Position numbers and translations under genes: made by a program. The notes beneath the pieces are model-generated. The model had not been told where the DNA came from. It saw only the letters and a program-made list of their open reading frames with translations, and ran no database searches. This document shows positions 19,156 through 27,950 of a stretch of DNA of 54,150 bases, piece by piece. Each line of letters opens with the position of its first letter. Positions within the stretch are counted from its first letter, which is position 1. The DNA is from an uncultured bacterium (GTDB lineage: Bacteria; Zixibacteria; MSB-5A5; JAABVY01; JAHJOQ01), in the NCBI GenBank assembly GCA_965369655.1, contig CBDUQR010000016.1, positions 1 through 54,150 of the forward strand, written 5' to 3'.

Positions 19156-19267
19156 GTCTTTGCGAGCGGTCGCCGATCCCCGAGGGACAGGGAGCGCGGC
19201 AATCTCTTGTCGGACAGTGGATTGCAGGAGACGGGATCGCCACGTCGCTGACGCTCCTCGCGATGAC
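19156..19267. repeat. TTGCGAG...GCAATC / GATNGCCACGTCGCT...CTCGCGATGAC palindromic intergenic repeat
   Basis: Terminal GTCTTTGCGAG / CTCGCGATGAC inverted arms with inner GGCAATCTC / GGGATCGCC arms. Confidence 0.6.
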
Positions 19268-19454
19268 GACGGCACAGGTCCGTGCCCGACATAGGGCTTT
19301 TCAACATGTTCGATTAGCGGGCAGACCGCAACCATCTGTTGACTAATCCACTCTGTCTGCTATATTGAAAACAGGCGATTCTTACCAGACTGTTTATGTG
19401 ATGTTCGATAGTGACGATAAATCAGTGATCGTAACCTCTTAAGGAGTGTGTGCA

Positions 19455-22163
19455 ATGAAAGCATACGTATTACCGAAGTGGCTGACGGCTCTTGCTATGA
19501 TCGTGTGCGTGTCTGCGATATTGCTGTGCGGTGTCGCGACGCTTTACGCCGGTGATGGGAGAGACGCTTCAGCGGAACCGATATGGATCTATGATTCGGA
19601 TCTATATGTCAAACATGTCGAAACGGCTGATCTGAATGGTGATGACATTTTGGATGTTATCGCCGGCGAGCACAACACGGACTACTACGGAGAACCATCC
19701 AGGGTAATCGCAATCGACGGAAAGACGGGTGACACGATCTGGACCTACCTGTTGAATGACGGCGTCAGGTCGATGACGGTCGGCGACATCAACAACGACA
19801 ATGTTGCGGATGTCATAGCCGGAGCATCGTATCACTCGACCCAGACTCCCGATGGACGCGTTCATGCTATTGACGGCACCGACGGAAGCCAGCTCTGGAC
19901 ATACTACATTGGCGCGACCATTGAGGATGTCCAGATCGGTGATTTCAACGGCGATGAGAATATGGATGTAGCAGCGGCGAGCTTCGACGATTATATCTAT
20001 GCCATTAATGGCGAGACCGGAGCCAGTCTCTGGAATCAGCTTATCGGCAGCATGTGGGTCAACGCTGTCGCCACAGGTGATGTCAACGGCGACAACATCG
20101 ACGATGTCGCGTTTGCTCACGAGTATATGACCAACTACGACAACTTCTACGGTGTTCTTGACGGCACGGATGGTTCGTTTATCTGGGCGGATACCGTTCC
20201 GTATGCCGTCCTGAATGTGGTGATGGTCGATATAGACGCGGATGACGACCTTGAGGCTATATTTGGTGGTGTATACTATGACGATCATGGCGAGATATTT
20301 ATCAGGAATGCCGCATCCGGCGAACTCGAATGGTCATACGACATCGGCTATGTTCATCATGTGAATGGCGAAATTCTCCTGCATCCGTACGACATCGATG
20401 AGGATACCGACCTCGATCTCGTTGTCGGGCGGTATATCGGAGGCTACACGCTATACGCATTCGACGGTGATGCACCGACGCTGATGTGGGAATCCGATTC
20501 GCTCGGTGTTTACCCGAGGGACATTGCATTTGGAGATTACACTGGTGACGGCAATTTGAATATATCTGTGGCAGGCTACGATCGTGTAGTGGTGCTGAAG
20601 GCTAACGGTGGATCGAAGATCTGGTATTATGCCGTTGCGGGTACGATGGCGAGCGTTGCGACCGGTGATTTCGATGATGATGGCATTGACGATGTCGCTG
20701 CCGGTGGTGGTGCGGACAATGTAGGGTCTACTCCGCCGAATCCGCAGAAGTCTGTCTGGGCTCTGAAGACAGTGTTATCACCTGTCCTCTGGGAGTTTGA
20801 TTTCGGTTCGTATGGCAATGAAGTCGCGCTCGGTGACGTTAATGGTGATGGCTGCGAGGATGTTGCCGTAGTGGCATCGTCCGGTGACAGGCTCTGGGTG
20901 ATCGATGGTGCAACGGGGACGGAACTCTGGCACTGGGCAGGCAATGACAATCTGTTCGCTGTGACAATCGGAGATTTCGATGGCAACGGTATGGGCGATG
21001 TGGCTGTCGGCGGCTATGACGCCGTCGTGACTGCGTTTGTCGGAGAGACAGGCGCATTCATGTGGGACTTTACGACGCCAACCGACGACGTCTACCGCAA
21101 GTGCCTTAAGTCGGCTGACCTGAATAAAGATAGCAATGTCGATGTGATCGCTGGCAGCGAGGACAACCATATCTATGCGATCAACGGAGAAGGCGGGGGA
21201 GAGCTGTGGAATTACGATTGCGGAGCGGACGTCAATGATCTCGTCCTCAGAGATATGAATTCGGATGACACTCTCGATGTCATCGTCGCGGTCGGCGGGG
21301 GGACATCGGGCGAGAAGGTCGTGGTAATTGACGGGAGAGATGGCAGCGAAATGTGGGCTCATAATGCGCCTGAATCCGTTGAGCATCTTGCTGTAGATGA
21401 TCCGAAAGCACCCGATTTTCCCGGCGAATCCTTCTTCGACGTCTTCTGTGCCGCGACACCCTATGGAACGAGGCAGGTTATCAAGATAGATGCGGACACG
21501 CATCTCGAAGACTGGTCGACCCCGATTGATGTTGCGTCGAATACACACGGGCTCGCTCGCGGTGACTGCAATGACGATGGTGTGCTGGATGTCGCTTTGC
21601 CGGGCAGTTCAACTTCGATGAGTGTATACCTGCTCGATGGCGTCGACGGAAGCATTCTATGGAGTTTCCCCACAGGTGGCGAGGTCAATTGCGTGCTGAT
21701 ATCCGACATTGATCTCGACGGCGATCTCGAAGTGATCGCCGGTTCGGACGATCAGAATGTATATGTGCTCGACGGACTCACCGGCAATGAAGAGTTCAAT
21801 TACAGCACTGCCGACGACGTTATGCATGTCATGGTCGGCGATGTCAACTGCGATGGTGAACCGAACATCGTAGTAGTGACTTTCGGATCGGACGGCGTCG
21901 TCTACGCGTTCAAGTCCCTCGTGACCGAACCGCAATATCTCTGCGGCGATGCCGACAGCAGTGGCGAAGTCGATATCGATGATGTTGTGTTTCTGATCAC
22001 ATACATATTTGCTAGCGGCCCGCCTCCGGAGCCGTTGGCTGCAGGAGATACCGATTGTTCAGGATTCATCGACATCGATGATGTTGTGTACCTGATTTAC
22101 TACATATTCGCGGGAGGACCAGCGCCCTGCGATCCGGATGGTAATGGGATACCGGACTGCTGA
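19455..22163 (+). CDS. Secreted FG-GAP / PQQ-type beta-propeller repeat protein with C-terminal dockerin-like domain
   Basis: Many GDxNxDxxxDV and IDGxxGxxLW repeats; signal peptide; CGDADSSGEVDIDD tail; AAGGAG SD (ORF-track start 19446). Confidence 0.85.
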   Translation: MKAYVLPKWLTALAMIVCVSAILLCGVATLYAGDGRDASAEPIWIYDSDLYVKHVETADLNGDDILDVIAGEHNTDYYGEPSRVIAIDGKTGDTIWTYLLNDGVRSMTVGDINNDNVADVIAGASYHSTQTPDGRVHAIDGTDGSQLWTYYIGATIEDVQIGDFNGDENMDVAAASFDDYIYAINGETGASLWNQLIGSMWVNAVATGDVNGDNIDDVAFAHEYMTNYDNFYGVLDGTDGSFIWADTVPYAVLNVVMVDIDADDDLEAIFGGVYYDDHGEIFIRNAASGELEWSYDIGYVHHVNGEILLHPYDIDEDTDLDLVVGRYIGGYTLYAFDGDAPTLMWESDSLGVYPRDIAFGDYTGDGNLNISVAGYDRVVVLKANGGSKIWYYAVAGTMASVATGDFDDDGIDDVAAGGGADNVGSTPPNPQKSVWALKTVLSPVLWEFDFGSYGNEVALGDVNGDGCEDVAVVASSGDRLWVIDGATGTELWHWAGNDNLFAVTIGDFDGNGMGDVAVGGYDAVVTAFVGETGAFMWDFTTPTDDVYRKCLKSADLNKDSNVDVIAGSEDNHIYAINGEGGGELWNYDCGADVNDLVLRDMNSDDTLDVIVAVGGGTSGEKVVVIDGRDGSEMWAHNAPESVEHLAVDDPKAPDFPGESFFDVFCAATPYGTRQVIKIDADTHLEDWSTPIDVASNTHGLARGDCNDDGVLDVALPGSSTSMSVYLLDGVDGSILWSFPTGGEVNCVLISDIDLDGDLEVIAGSDDQNVYVLDGLTGNEEFNYSTADDVMHVMVGDVNCDGEPNIVVVTFGSDGVVYAFKSLVTEPQYLCGDADSSGEVDIDDVVFLITYIFASGPPPEPLAAGDTDCSGFIDIDDVVYLIYYIFAGGPAPCDPDGNGIPDC

Positions 22164-22313
22164 TTTTGCTGAAGATAATATGATGCAAATTGTGACCGCA
22201 GGGGCTTGTGCTCTTGCGGTCTTGCTTTGTGTGCGAGTGGCGTTGGATGGTGAGATGACCGTCAAAAATCGCTTGATTTGGTCAAAATAGAATATATATT
22301 GCCGCTTCCCAAT

Positions 22314-22395
22314 GGAGGGGTTCCCGAGTGGTCAAAGGGAACAGACTGTAAATCTGTCGGCGAAGCCTTCGGAGGTTCAAATCCTCCCCCCTCCA
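22314..22395 (+). tRNA. tRNA-Tyr(GTA), CCA not encoded
   Basis: Acceptor GGAGGGG/CCCCTCC, ACAGA-CTGTAAA-TCTGT, long variable arm, GGTTCAAATCC. Confidence 0.95.
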
Positions 22396-22402
22396 TAATA
22401 TC

Positions 22403-22433
22403 AACCCGTGACATTCGAGCCGCGGGGTTTTTT
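22403..22433 (+). terminator. Intrinsic terminator after tRNA-Tyr
   Basis: AACCCGTG...CGCGGGG followed by T6. Confidence 0.65.
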
Positions 22434-22462
22434 GTACTCCGATCACAGAATAGACGTTGCCG

Positions 22463-22666
22463 CTACGGGTAATCCGGCACGCCGTCACCTGATTCGTACG
22501 GGTTCGGGGCTGCTCCTCCACCGAGTATTTATCCGACAATGAACATTATATCATCTATGTCGACTTCGCCGCTTGAATTGGCATCCCCACAGGCGACTTC
22601 GTCAATGCAGGAGTATGAGAACGAGTAGACGACTTTGACAGAAGGGACCACTCTGTTAGATTGCAT
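22463..22666 (-). pseudogene. Degenerate dockerin-like domain fragment
   Basis: Reverse translation ...IDEVACGDANSSGEVDIDDIMFIVG*ILGGGAAPNPYESGDGVPDYP*; in-frame TAA (22529-22531) at the conserved Tyr; second Ca-loop missing. Confidence 0.75.
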
Positions 22667-23017
22667 TAAGTGATGGTTTATCTCAGCAGTTGAAAGTCGC
22701 TGCAACATCAGAGGATAGTGACCGTCGCTTTGCTCGGATATTGGGAAAGGCGACGGTGTTTGTTCTCTATAAATCTGTCCCGGAGAGCATATCCAGGTCG
22801 TTCGAGAATCTTGTTGCGAAAGAAAAAAAACGGTTGACAGATTGATCGGTTTTGATTATCAAGTATAAGCCCTTCATACACAGCCCTCTTATCAGGCGGT
22901 CGTGAAATTTTAATTTCCCGGCCGCTTATTGTTTGTGTCCGCACCTGAATACCTGATGTGAAGCTTCAACTTGCTGATTCGGCTTGATAACACGGGTTCG
23001 CCCGATTATATAGTTGC

Positions 23018-23641
23018 ATGGATAAAATCCGGAGACTGTTGAAGAAACACTATCCCGAGGCGTGCTGTACGCTGAAACACAGATCACCGTTTACGCTGCT
23101 CATATCCACGATACTCTCGGCGCAGGCGACCGACAAATCGGTCAATCGAGTGACGCCTGAGCTTTTTTCGAGATTTCCGGATGCTGAGTCGTTCGCGCAA
23201 GCGCGACTGCCATCGATTGAGAAGATTATTAGGCCGTTGGGGCTGTATAACAACAAAGCGAAGAATATCAAGGCATGCTGCAGAATGCTCGTCGATGATT
23301 TCGGCGGCGAAATACCTCGGACCATAGCGGAGTTGACGCGGCTGCCGGGAGTGGGGCGGAAGACTGCTAATGTCGTGCTCGGCAATGCGTTCGATGTCAA
23401 CGAGGGTATCTGCGTCGATACGCATGTCGGACGGCTATCACGTCGGCTCGGCCTGTCGAAATCGAGAGACCCGAACAAAGTCGAACAGGACCTGATGAAG
23501 ATAGTCCCGAGGGATGACTGGACAATCATCTCGCATCTCCTGATAGCCCACGGCCGCCGTGTATGCGATTCACGAAAACCGGATTGTGAGAATTGCTTTC
23601 TGGAGAAGTTGTGTCCGAAGGTGGGGGTGAAGAGTAAATGA
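23018..23641 (+). CDS. nth: Endonuclease III
   Basis: LSAQATD, LPGVGRKTANVVL HhH, VDTHV, C-x6-C-x2-C-x5-C 4Fe-4S motif. Confidence 0.95.
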   Translation: MDKIRRLLKKHYPEACCTLKHRSPFTLLISTILSAQATDKSVNRVTPELFSRFPDAESFAQARLPSIEKIIRPLGLYNNKAKNIKACCRMLVDDFGGEIPRTIAELTRLPGVGRKTANVVLGNAFDVNEGICVDTHVGRLSRRLGLSKSRDPNKVEQDLMKIVPRDDWTIISHLLIAHGRRVCDSRKPDCENCFLEKLCPKVGVKSK

Positions 23642-23670
23642 CACCGTGAACAGACAAGATTCCGAATCAG

Positions 23671-24144
23671 ATGGGAGGAAAGATGGTAAAGTTGCATGCT
23701 ATGTTTGAAGCAGACTGGTTGTTCAAGGATGGTAAATGGAGTGACGAATCTAAGCTGCTCGAAGTTGATACTTCAAAGCTGCCCAATTTAGGAGTGTATG
23801 TCATCTACACTGGTTCAAGCATTCAGCGTATCCAAGGGTCTGACAAATTAGGTGTAATACACATCGGTCAAGGGAATCTGCAATCAAGAATTAATGCATT
23901 CCTTAAGTGTGCCAGGGGTGACTGGCAGAAGGGTCATTCTGAGGGAGTCAGGTTCAAGCTGTTCGACTATGCGAAAGTAACCAAGACTCAAGCCGATGAT
24001 CTGATGGTGCGTTGGACGAGAATAAGAAACGCTGTTGAACTTGAAGGGAAGTTACATATGCAATACATTCAGCGATTCGGCGAATTACCGCCACTCAACC
24101 ATCAGGTAAGCAAATCTGTTTCCAAGAAGCTAAGGACCTCGTAA
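23671..24144 (+). CDS. GIY-YIG-like nuclease domain protein
   Basis: GVYVI ... IHIGQG NLQSRI ... E ... LPPLN pattern; start may be ATG 23683 after GGAGG. Confidence 0.6.
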   Translation: MGGKMVKLHAMFEADWLFKDGKWSDESKLLEVDTSKLPNLGVYVIYTGSSIQRIQGSDKLGVIHIGQGNLQSRINAFLKCARGDWQKGHSEGVRFKLFDYAKVTKTQADDLMVRWTRIRNAVELEGKLHMQYIQRFGELPPLNHQVSKSVSKKLRTS

Positions 24145-24383
24145 CTGAGCCTTCGTTCGTGTCATTCGAGCCACAACAACTGTGCGCACGGATTTACAGT
24201 TGCACAAGAATTGAGCCTGTCGTTCGGATGGCATTTGACTTGTTCCTGCTGTTAATACAAACCTATGCAGCCATTTGCGTGCTGAATATTCGTGGATGAG
24301 ATCTTGCGGCATTGTGTTTGCTTATGTATATTGATAATTAAATCTATGATTGAACAGGAAAGCAAGTCGGTAAGGGAGGAACA

Positions 24384-25154
24384 ATGACTTTACATTATGC
24401 CAAGCGAGGATGGCGACCTCTGGCCGCCCTAATTGTGGTCGTGGCATCGGTGGCTATCTTCTGTAGCGCTGCGTTGGCGGACGGCGCTGGGGGAACAGAG
24501 TTCAGATCCGGACTCCGGTCCATGCAGTTTGGGATTGAGCGCGATTTCCAGCTCGGTGCATTCGATGGATTTCTCCTATCATGCAAAAGACACATCTCAC
24601 CGAACTCTGCGTATCGGCTCGGGCTGACGCTCGATGCAAGTTCTCAAAACAATGGACGGCTCCCGGCTAAACAATTCCCTGGGACCCAAGTACAGAGAAG
24701 GGATTCGTATTCAGACTATGACGGTAATTGGGCTGACATAGATGTCCAGCTGCTGTATGTGCGCTACATGTCACCCGAGAAACGTATCAGGCCATTCTGG
24801 GGGCTTGGCCCGAGTATCGGGTACTACCGCTATGACTATGAGCGCGATGGGGAGATTCAGGACCCATACTATACGAGTGCCGATTGGGACTATACGTATA
24901 CGCTGACAGGTGGGATTGCTGGTGTATTCGGTGTGGAATGGTTCGCATGGGACGGGATCAGCTTTCTTGCAGAGTATCGTGCGGCTCTCACTTACACCTA
25001 TTGGTCTGAGGAATACCGTCTGACGAACAACAGTCAAAACAGCAGCATTCGCAATATAAGCAGGCAACTGAGCTTTGAGTCGCAGGCTGTCATGTTCGGA
25101 ATCGCAGTCTATCTGAATGGCATGTGTAGGATCAATAAGTTGATGGAGTTGTAA
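24384..25154 (+). CDS. Outer-membrane beta-barrel protein (paralog 1)
   Basis: Signal peptide, alternating beta-strand pattern, QFGIERDFQLG and GVFGVEWF shared with the next gene; C-terminus appears extended. Confidence 0.7.
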   Translation: MTLHYAKRGWRPLAALIVVVASVAIFCSAALADGAGGTEFRSGLRSMQFGIERDFQLGAFDGFLLSCKRHISPNSAYRLGLTLDASSQNNGRLPAKQFPGTQVQRRDSYSDYDGNWADIDVQLLYVRYMSPEKRIRPFWGLGPSIGYYRYDYERDGEIQDPYYTSADWDYTYTLTGGIAGVFGVEWFAWDGISFLAEYRAALTYTYWSEEYRLTNNSQNSSIRNISRQLSFESQAVMFGIAVYLNGMCRINKLMEL

Positions 25155-25156
25155 CG

Positions 25157-25846
25157 ATGGCAATTCAAAGATACAATCGGACAATTTGCCGCAAGCTTTG
25201 TGGAATTGCGCTAATACTGTTGATGCTCGCAGCAATTCCCGCGTATGGCGAGAATGGCGACGAAGCGCCAGCGAAATGGTCTCTTCAGTTTGGCATTGAG
25301 AGAGATTTTCAGCTTGGCGAATTCGATGGAATGCAGATATCGATTCGGAAACACTGTTCGGCTCAAAAAGCCTGGCGTTTGGGAGCGTCATTTAACTGTT
25401 TAATTGCCAATGGTGACATTGAAAGACATAGTTACGATGAAGTGAACATGGATATCCTTGAGAGCGACTTCAGAGGATTCGAAGCAGTCTTGTCGCTGAT
25501 ACATGAGTGGCATCCGCTCAGATCGAAATCAATCAGGGCAATTATAGGTTGTGGACCTGAATTGGGGTTAGAAACAAGCAATTATGAAATCGATCAACCT
25601 GGGAGATTGAGAGCGGAGGATATCCAGGCTTATCATGCTGGACTTAGAGGTGTTTTCGGTGCTGAGTGGTTTGTTGCCAAGCAGATAAGTTTAATCGGAG
25701 AATATGCATTATCTATCGTGTATTCTCATGAATCAACTGTTAATACGAATGAATATACTACCAGAAGCACTGAACTTGTAACTAAGAAGAACTCATTCGA
25801 GCTGGCTACGAATTCGGTGAACTTCGGGGTGTCGGTGTATTTCTGA
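25157..25846 (+). CDS. Outer-membrane beta-barrel protein (paralog 2)
   Basis: Signal peptide, QFGIERDFQLG, GVFGAEWF, terminal FGVSVYF beta-signal. Confidence 0.75.
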   Translation: MAIQRYNRTICRKLCGIALILLMLAAIPAYGENGDEAPAKWSLQFGIERDFQLGEFDGMQISIRKHCSAQKAWRLGASFNCLIANGDIERHSYDEVNMDILESDFRGFEAVLSLIHEWHPLRSKSIRAIIGCGPELGLETSNYEIDQPGRLRAEDIQAYHAGLRGVFGAEWFVAKQISLIGEYALSIVYSHESTVNTNEYTTRSTELVTKKNSFELATNSVNFGVSVYF

Positions 25847-25887
25847 TCGTGGGGATGGGCATGTTCTTTGAAATCGGTAGATGTGGA

Positions 25888-26042
25888 GAGGCTGTCACAT
25901 AAGTAGGTCGTGTTCCGAACCTGATGTAATCAGGTGAGAAACGCGACACCTCTATCTTGTTGACTGACAGTCGGGTTTCTTGCAGGCTACTCCTGCTGCG
26001 GAACGCCGACCTACAGGAGAACAGAATTTTTGAGGCAGCCTC
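25888..26042. mobile_element. MITE, 155 bp, GAGGCTG terminal inverted repeats, in the same REP target as 6660-6858
   Basis: GAGGCTGTCACATAAG ... TTTTGAGGCAGCCTC; flanks AGATGTGGA / GGGACATCTGCC (TGGA/GGGA duplication); internal GTAGGTCG...CGACCTAC REP pair. Confidence 0.72.
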
Positions 26043-26068
26043 GGGACATCTGCCGCACGGATGAGGAT

Positions 26069-26117
26069 GGACCCCGGCAGGTCCTGAGCTAAAGCGAAGG
26101 GTTTTCACCGGGGTGAC
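26069..26117. repeat. GTCACCCCGGTGAAAACCGGGGTCC palindrome (minus strand) interrupted by a 24-nt micro-insert
   Basis: Removing 26077-26100 restores GGACCCCG-GTTTTCACCGGGGTGAC. Confidence 0.7.
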
Positions 26118-26130
26118 ATGCTTTCCACAA

Positions 26131-26694
26131 TTACTCTCTACCGTAATTCTTGACGCCTTCTTCGAAGAGGTTGCCGCCGTAGCAATCGAATGTTACGATT
26201 GCGGGGAAGTCCTCGACTGTCAGCTTGCGTACTGCCTCGGGGCCCAGATCGTCGTAGGCGATGACTTCAGCCTCTTTGATAGACTTAGCGATCAACGCGC
26301 CGGCGCCACCGATAGCGAGAAAATAACAGCCAACAGATTCTTTCAGTTTGTCACGGACTTCTTCAGACATTTGACCTTTGCCGATCATCCCTTTCAGGCC
26401 TGCTTCGATCATGGCAGGTGAGTAGGCATTCATCCGATACGACGTCGTCGGACCTGCAGAACCAATCGCTTTGCCCGGCTTGGCCGGGGTCGGTCCGACA
26501 AAGTAGATTATCTGGCCTTTCGGGTCGAAGGGGAGAGGCTCGCCCTTTGCGAGCGCCTCGGTCATCTTTTTGTGCGCCGCGTCTCGGCCAGTGTAAATGG
26601 TACCGCTGATAAGCACCTGCGTTCCGATCTTGAGTTTCCTGATGACATCATCGGTAAGTGGCGTAGTGATTTTGACTTTTTCTTCCGACATCAT
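26131..26694 (-). CDS. Class I fumarate hydratase / tartrate dehydratase beta subunit
   Basis: TGRDAAHK, GPTTSYRM, MIGKG, DDLGPEAV; start MMSEEK after GGAGA. Confidence 0.9.
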   Translation of the reverse strand: MMSEEKVKITTPLTDDVIRKLKIGTQVLISGTIYTGRDAAHKKMTEALAKGEPLPFDPKGQIIYFVGPTPAKPGKAIGSAGPTTSYRMNAYSPAMIEAGLKGMIGKGQMSEEVRDKLKESVGCYFLAIGGAGALIAKSIKEAEVIAYDDLGPEAVRKLTVEDFPAIVTFDCYGGNLFEEGVKNYGRE

Positions 26695-26704
26695 ATATCT
26701 CCGA

Positions 26705-27547
26705 TCAGATGATGACTTCTTTGTGTCTGGCCGCGTGGCACTGGATATTGACTGCAACCGGGAAACTGGCCATGTGGCAGGGATGCGTCTCGATAAACAC
26801 GGCCAGCGCGGTAGTCCGGCCTCCGAGTCCCTGCGGACCTATACCGATGTTGTTGATTTTTTCGAGCAACTCGACTTCAAGGTCGGCGTAATACGGGTCT
26901 GCGTGTTTCGACCCAACTTCACGAAGCAGGGATTTTTTGGCAATCTGCGCGCATTTCTCGAAAGTCCCACCGACGCCGACTCCAACGATGATGGGTGGAC
27001 ATGGATTGCCGCCGGAGCGTCTGACCCGATCCAGGACGAAATCCTTAAGACCTTCGACGCCGTCGGAGGGTTTCATCATTTTGATTTCGCTCATGTTCTC
27101 CGAGCCGCCGCCTTTCGCCGCAAAGACAATCTTGACTTTATCGCCCGCGACGATGTCGTAGTGGATCACTGCCGGAGTATTGTCCTTTGTATTCAGCCGC
27201 TTGATCGGGTCTCCGAGGATCGATTTGCGAAGGTAGCCGTCGGCGTATCCCTGGCGAACGCCCTCGTTTATAGCGTCGGTTATCGTACCGCCCGTGAAAT
27301 GGACGTCCTGCCCGATATCGACGAAGAAGACTGCGAAGCCTGTGTCCTGACACATGGGGACCTGCTGGTCGCGCGCAATCTGAGCATTAGTGATGATGTC
27401 GGCCAGAATACCTTTGCCGACCGGCGATTCCTCGGTCTTCTCGGCGTTCACGAGCGCAGACCTGACGTCATCGCCGAGGAAGTAGTTCGCGTCCATGCAC
27501 ATCTGACGGACTTTCGGAATGATTTCGCTTACGTCAATTTCACGCAT
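26705..27547 (-). CDS. Class I fumarate hydratase / tartrate dehydratase alpha subunit
   Basis: MCQDTG, KGGGSEN, NPCPP, GPQGLGG, QCHAAR. Confidence 0.92.
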   Translation of the reverse strand: MREIDVSEIIPKVRQMCMDANYFLGDDVRSALVNAEKTEESPVGKGILADIITNAQIARDQQVPMCQDTGFAVFFVDIGQDVHFTGGTITDAINEGVRQGYADGYLRKSILGDPIKRLNTKDNTPAVIHYDIVAGDKVKIVFAAKGGGSENMSEIKMMKPSDGVEGLKDFVLDRVRRSGGNPCPPIIVGVGVGGTFEKCAQIAKKSLLREVGSKHADPYYADLEVELLEKINNIGIGPQGLGGRTTALAVFIETHPCHMASFPVAVNIQCHAARHKEVII

Positions 27548-27588
27548 ACTGACTCCTTGCGCGTGTGGGCTGGATTACCGGAGAGGTA

Positions 27589-27849
27589 TTAGCTGGAGAT
27601 GGCCTCGACGGAGATGAATTTCTTGTCACGGCCCTTGCGGACAAACTTGACATGGCCGTCGACAAGCGAGAAAATCGTGAAGTCTTTGCCAAGACCAACG
27701 TTGTCGCCAGGGAAGAACTTAGTGCCGCACTGTCGGACTATAATGCTTCCGGCGGTTACGAATTCACCGCCATATGCCTTGATGCCACGTCTCTGTCCAT
27801 TTGAATCCCGACCGTTCCTGGATGAACCGACACCCTTCTTATGTGCCAT
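27589..27849 (-). CDS. rpmA: 50S ribosomal protein L27
   Basis: [23 protein letters not shown]; true start 27849. Confidence 0.97.
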   Translation of the reverse strand: MAHKKGVGSSRNGRDSNGQRRGIKAYGGEFVTAGSIIVRQCGTKFFPGDNVGLGKDFTIFSLVDGHVKFVRKGRDKKFISVEAISS

Positions 27850-27950
27850 CTTTTCCTCCTGTTTCAGCAGAAAACCCAAATTCGAGAATTCGGGCTTTCC
27901 CAACTCGGTCGGATAATATAGTGCAGTCGCCGAAATAGCAAGAGAAAAGT

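Noticed and set aside
22886-22930. SAM-I riboswitch (starts CTCTTATCA)
   Set aside because: The rest of the SAM-I consensus is absent and the downstream gene is nth
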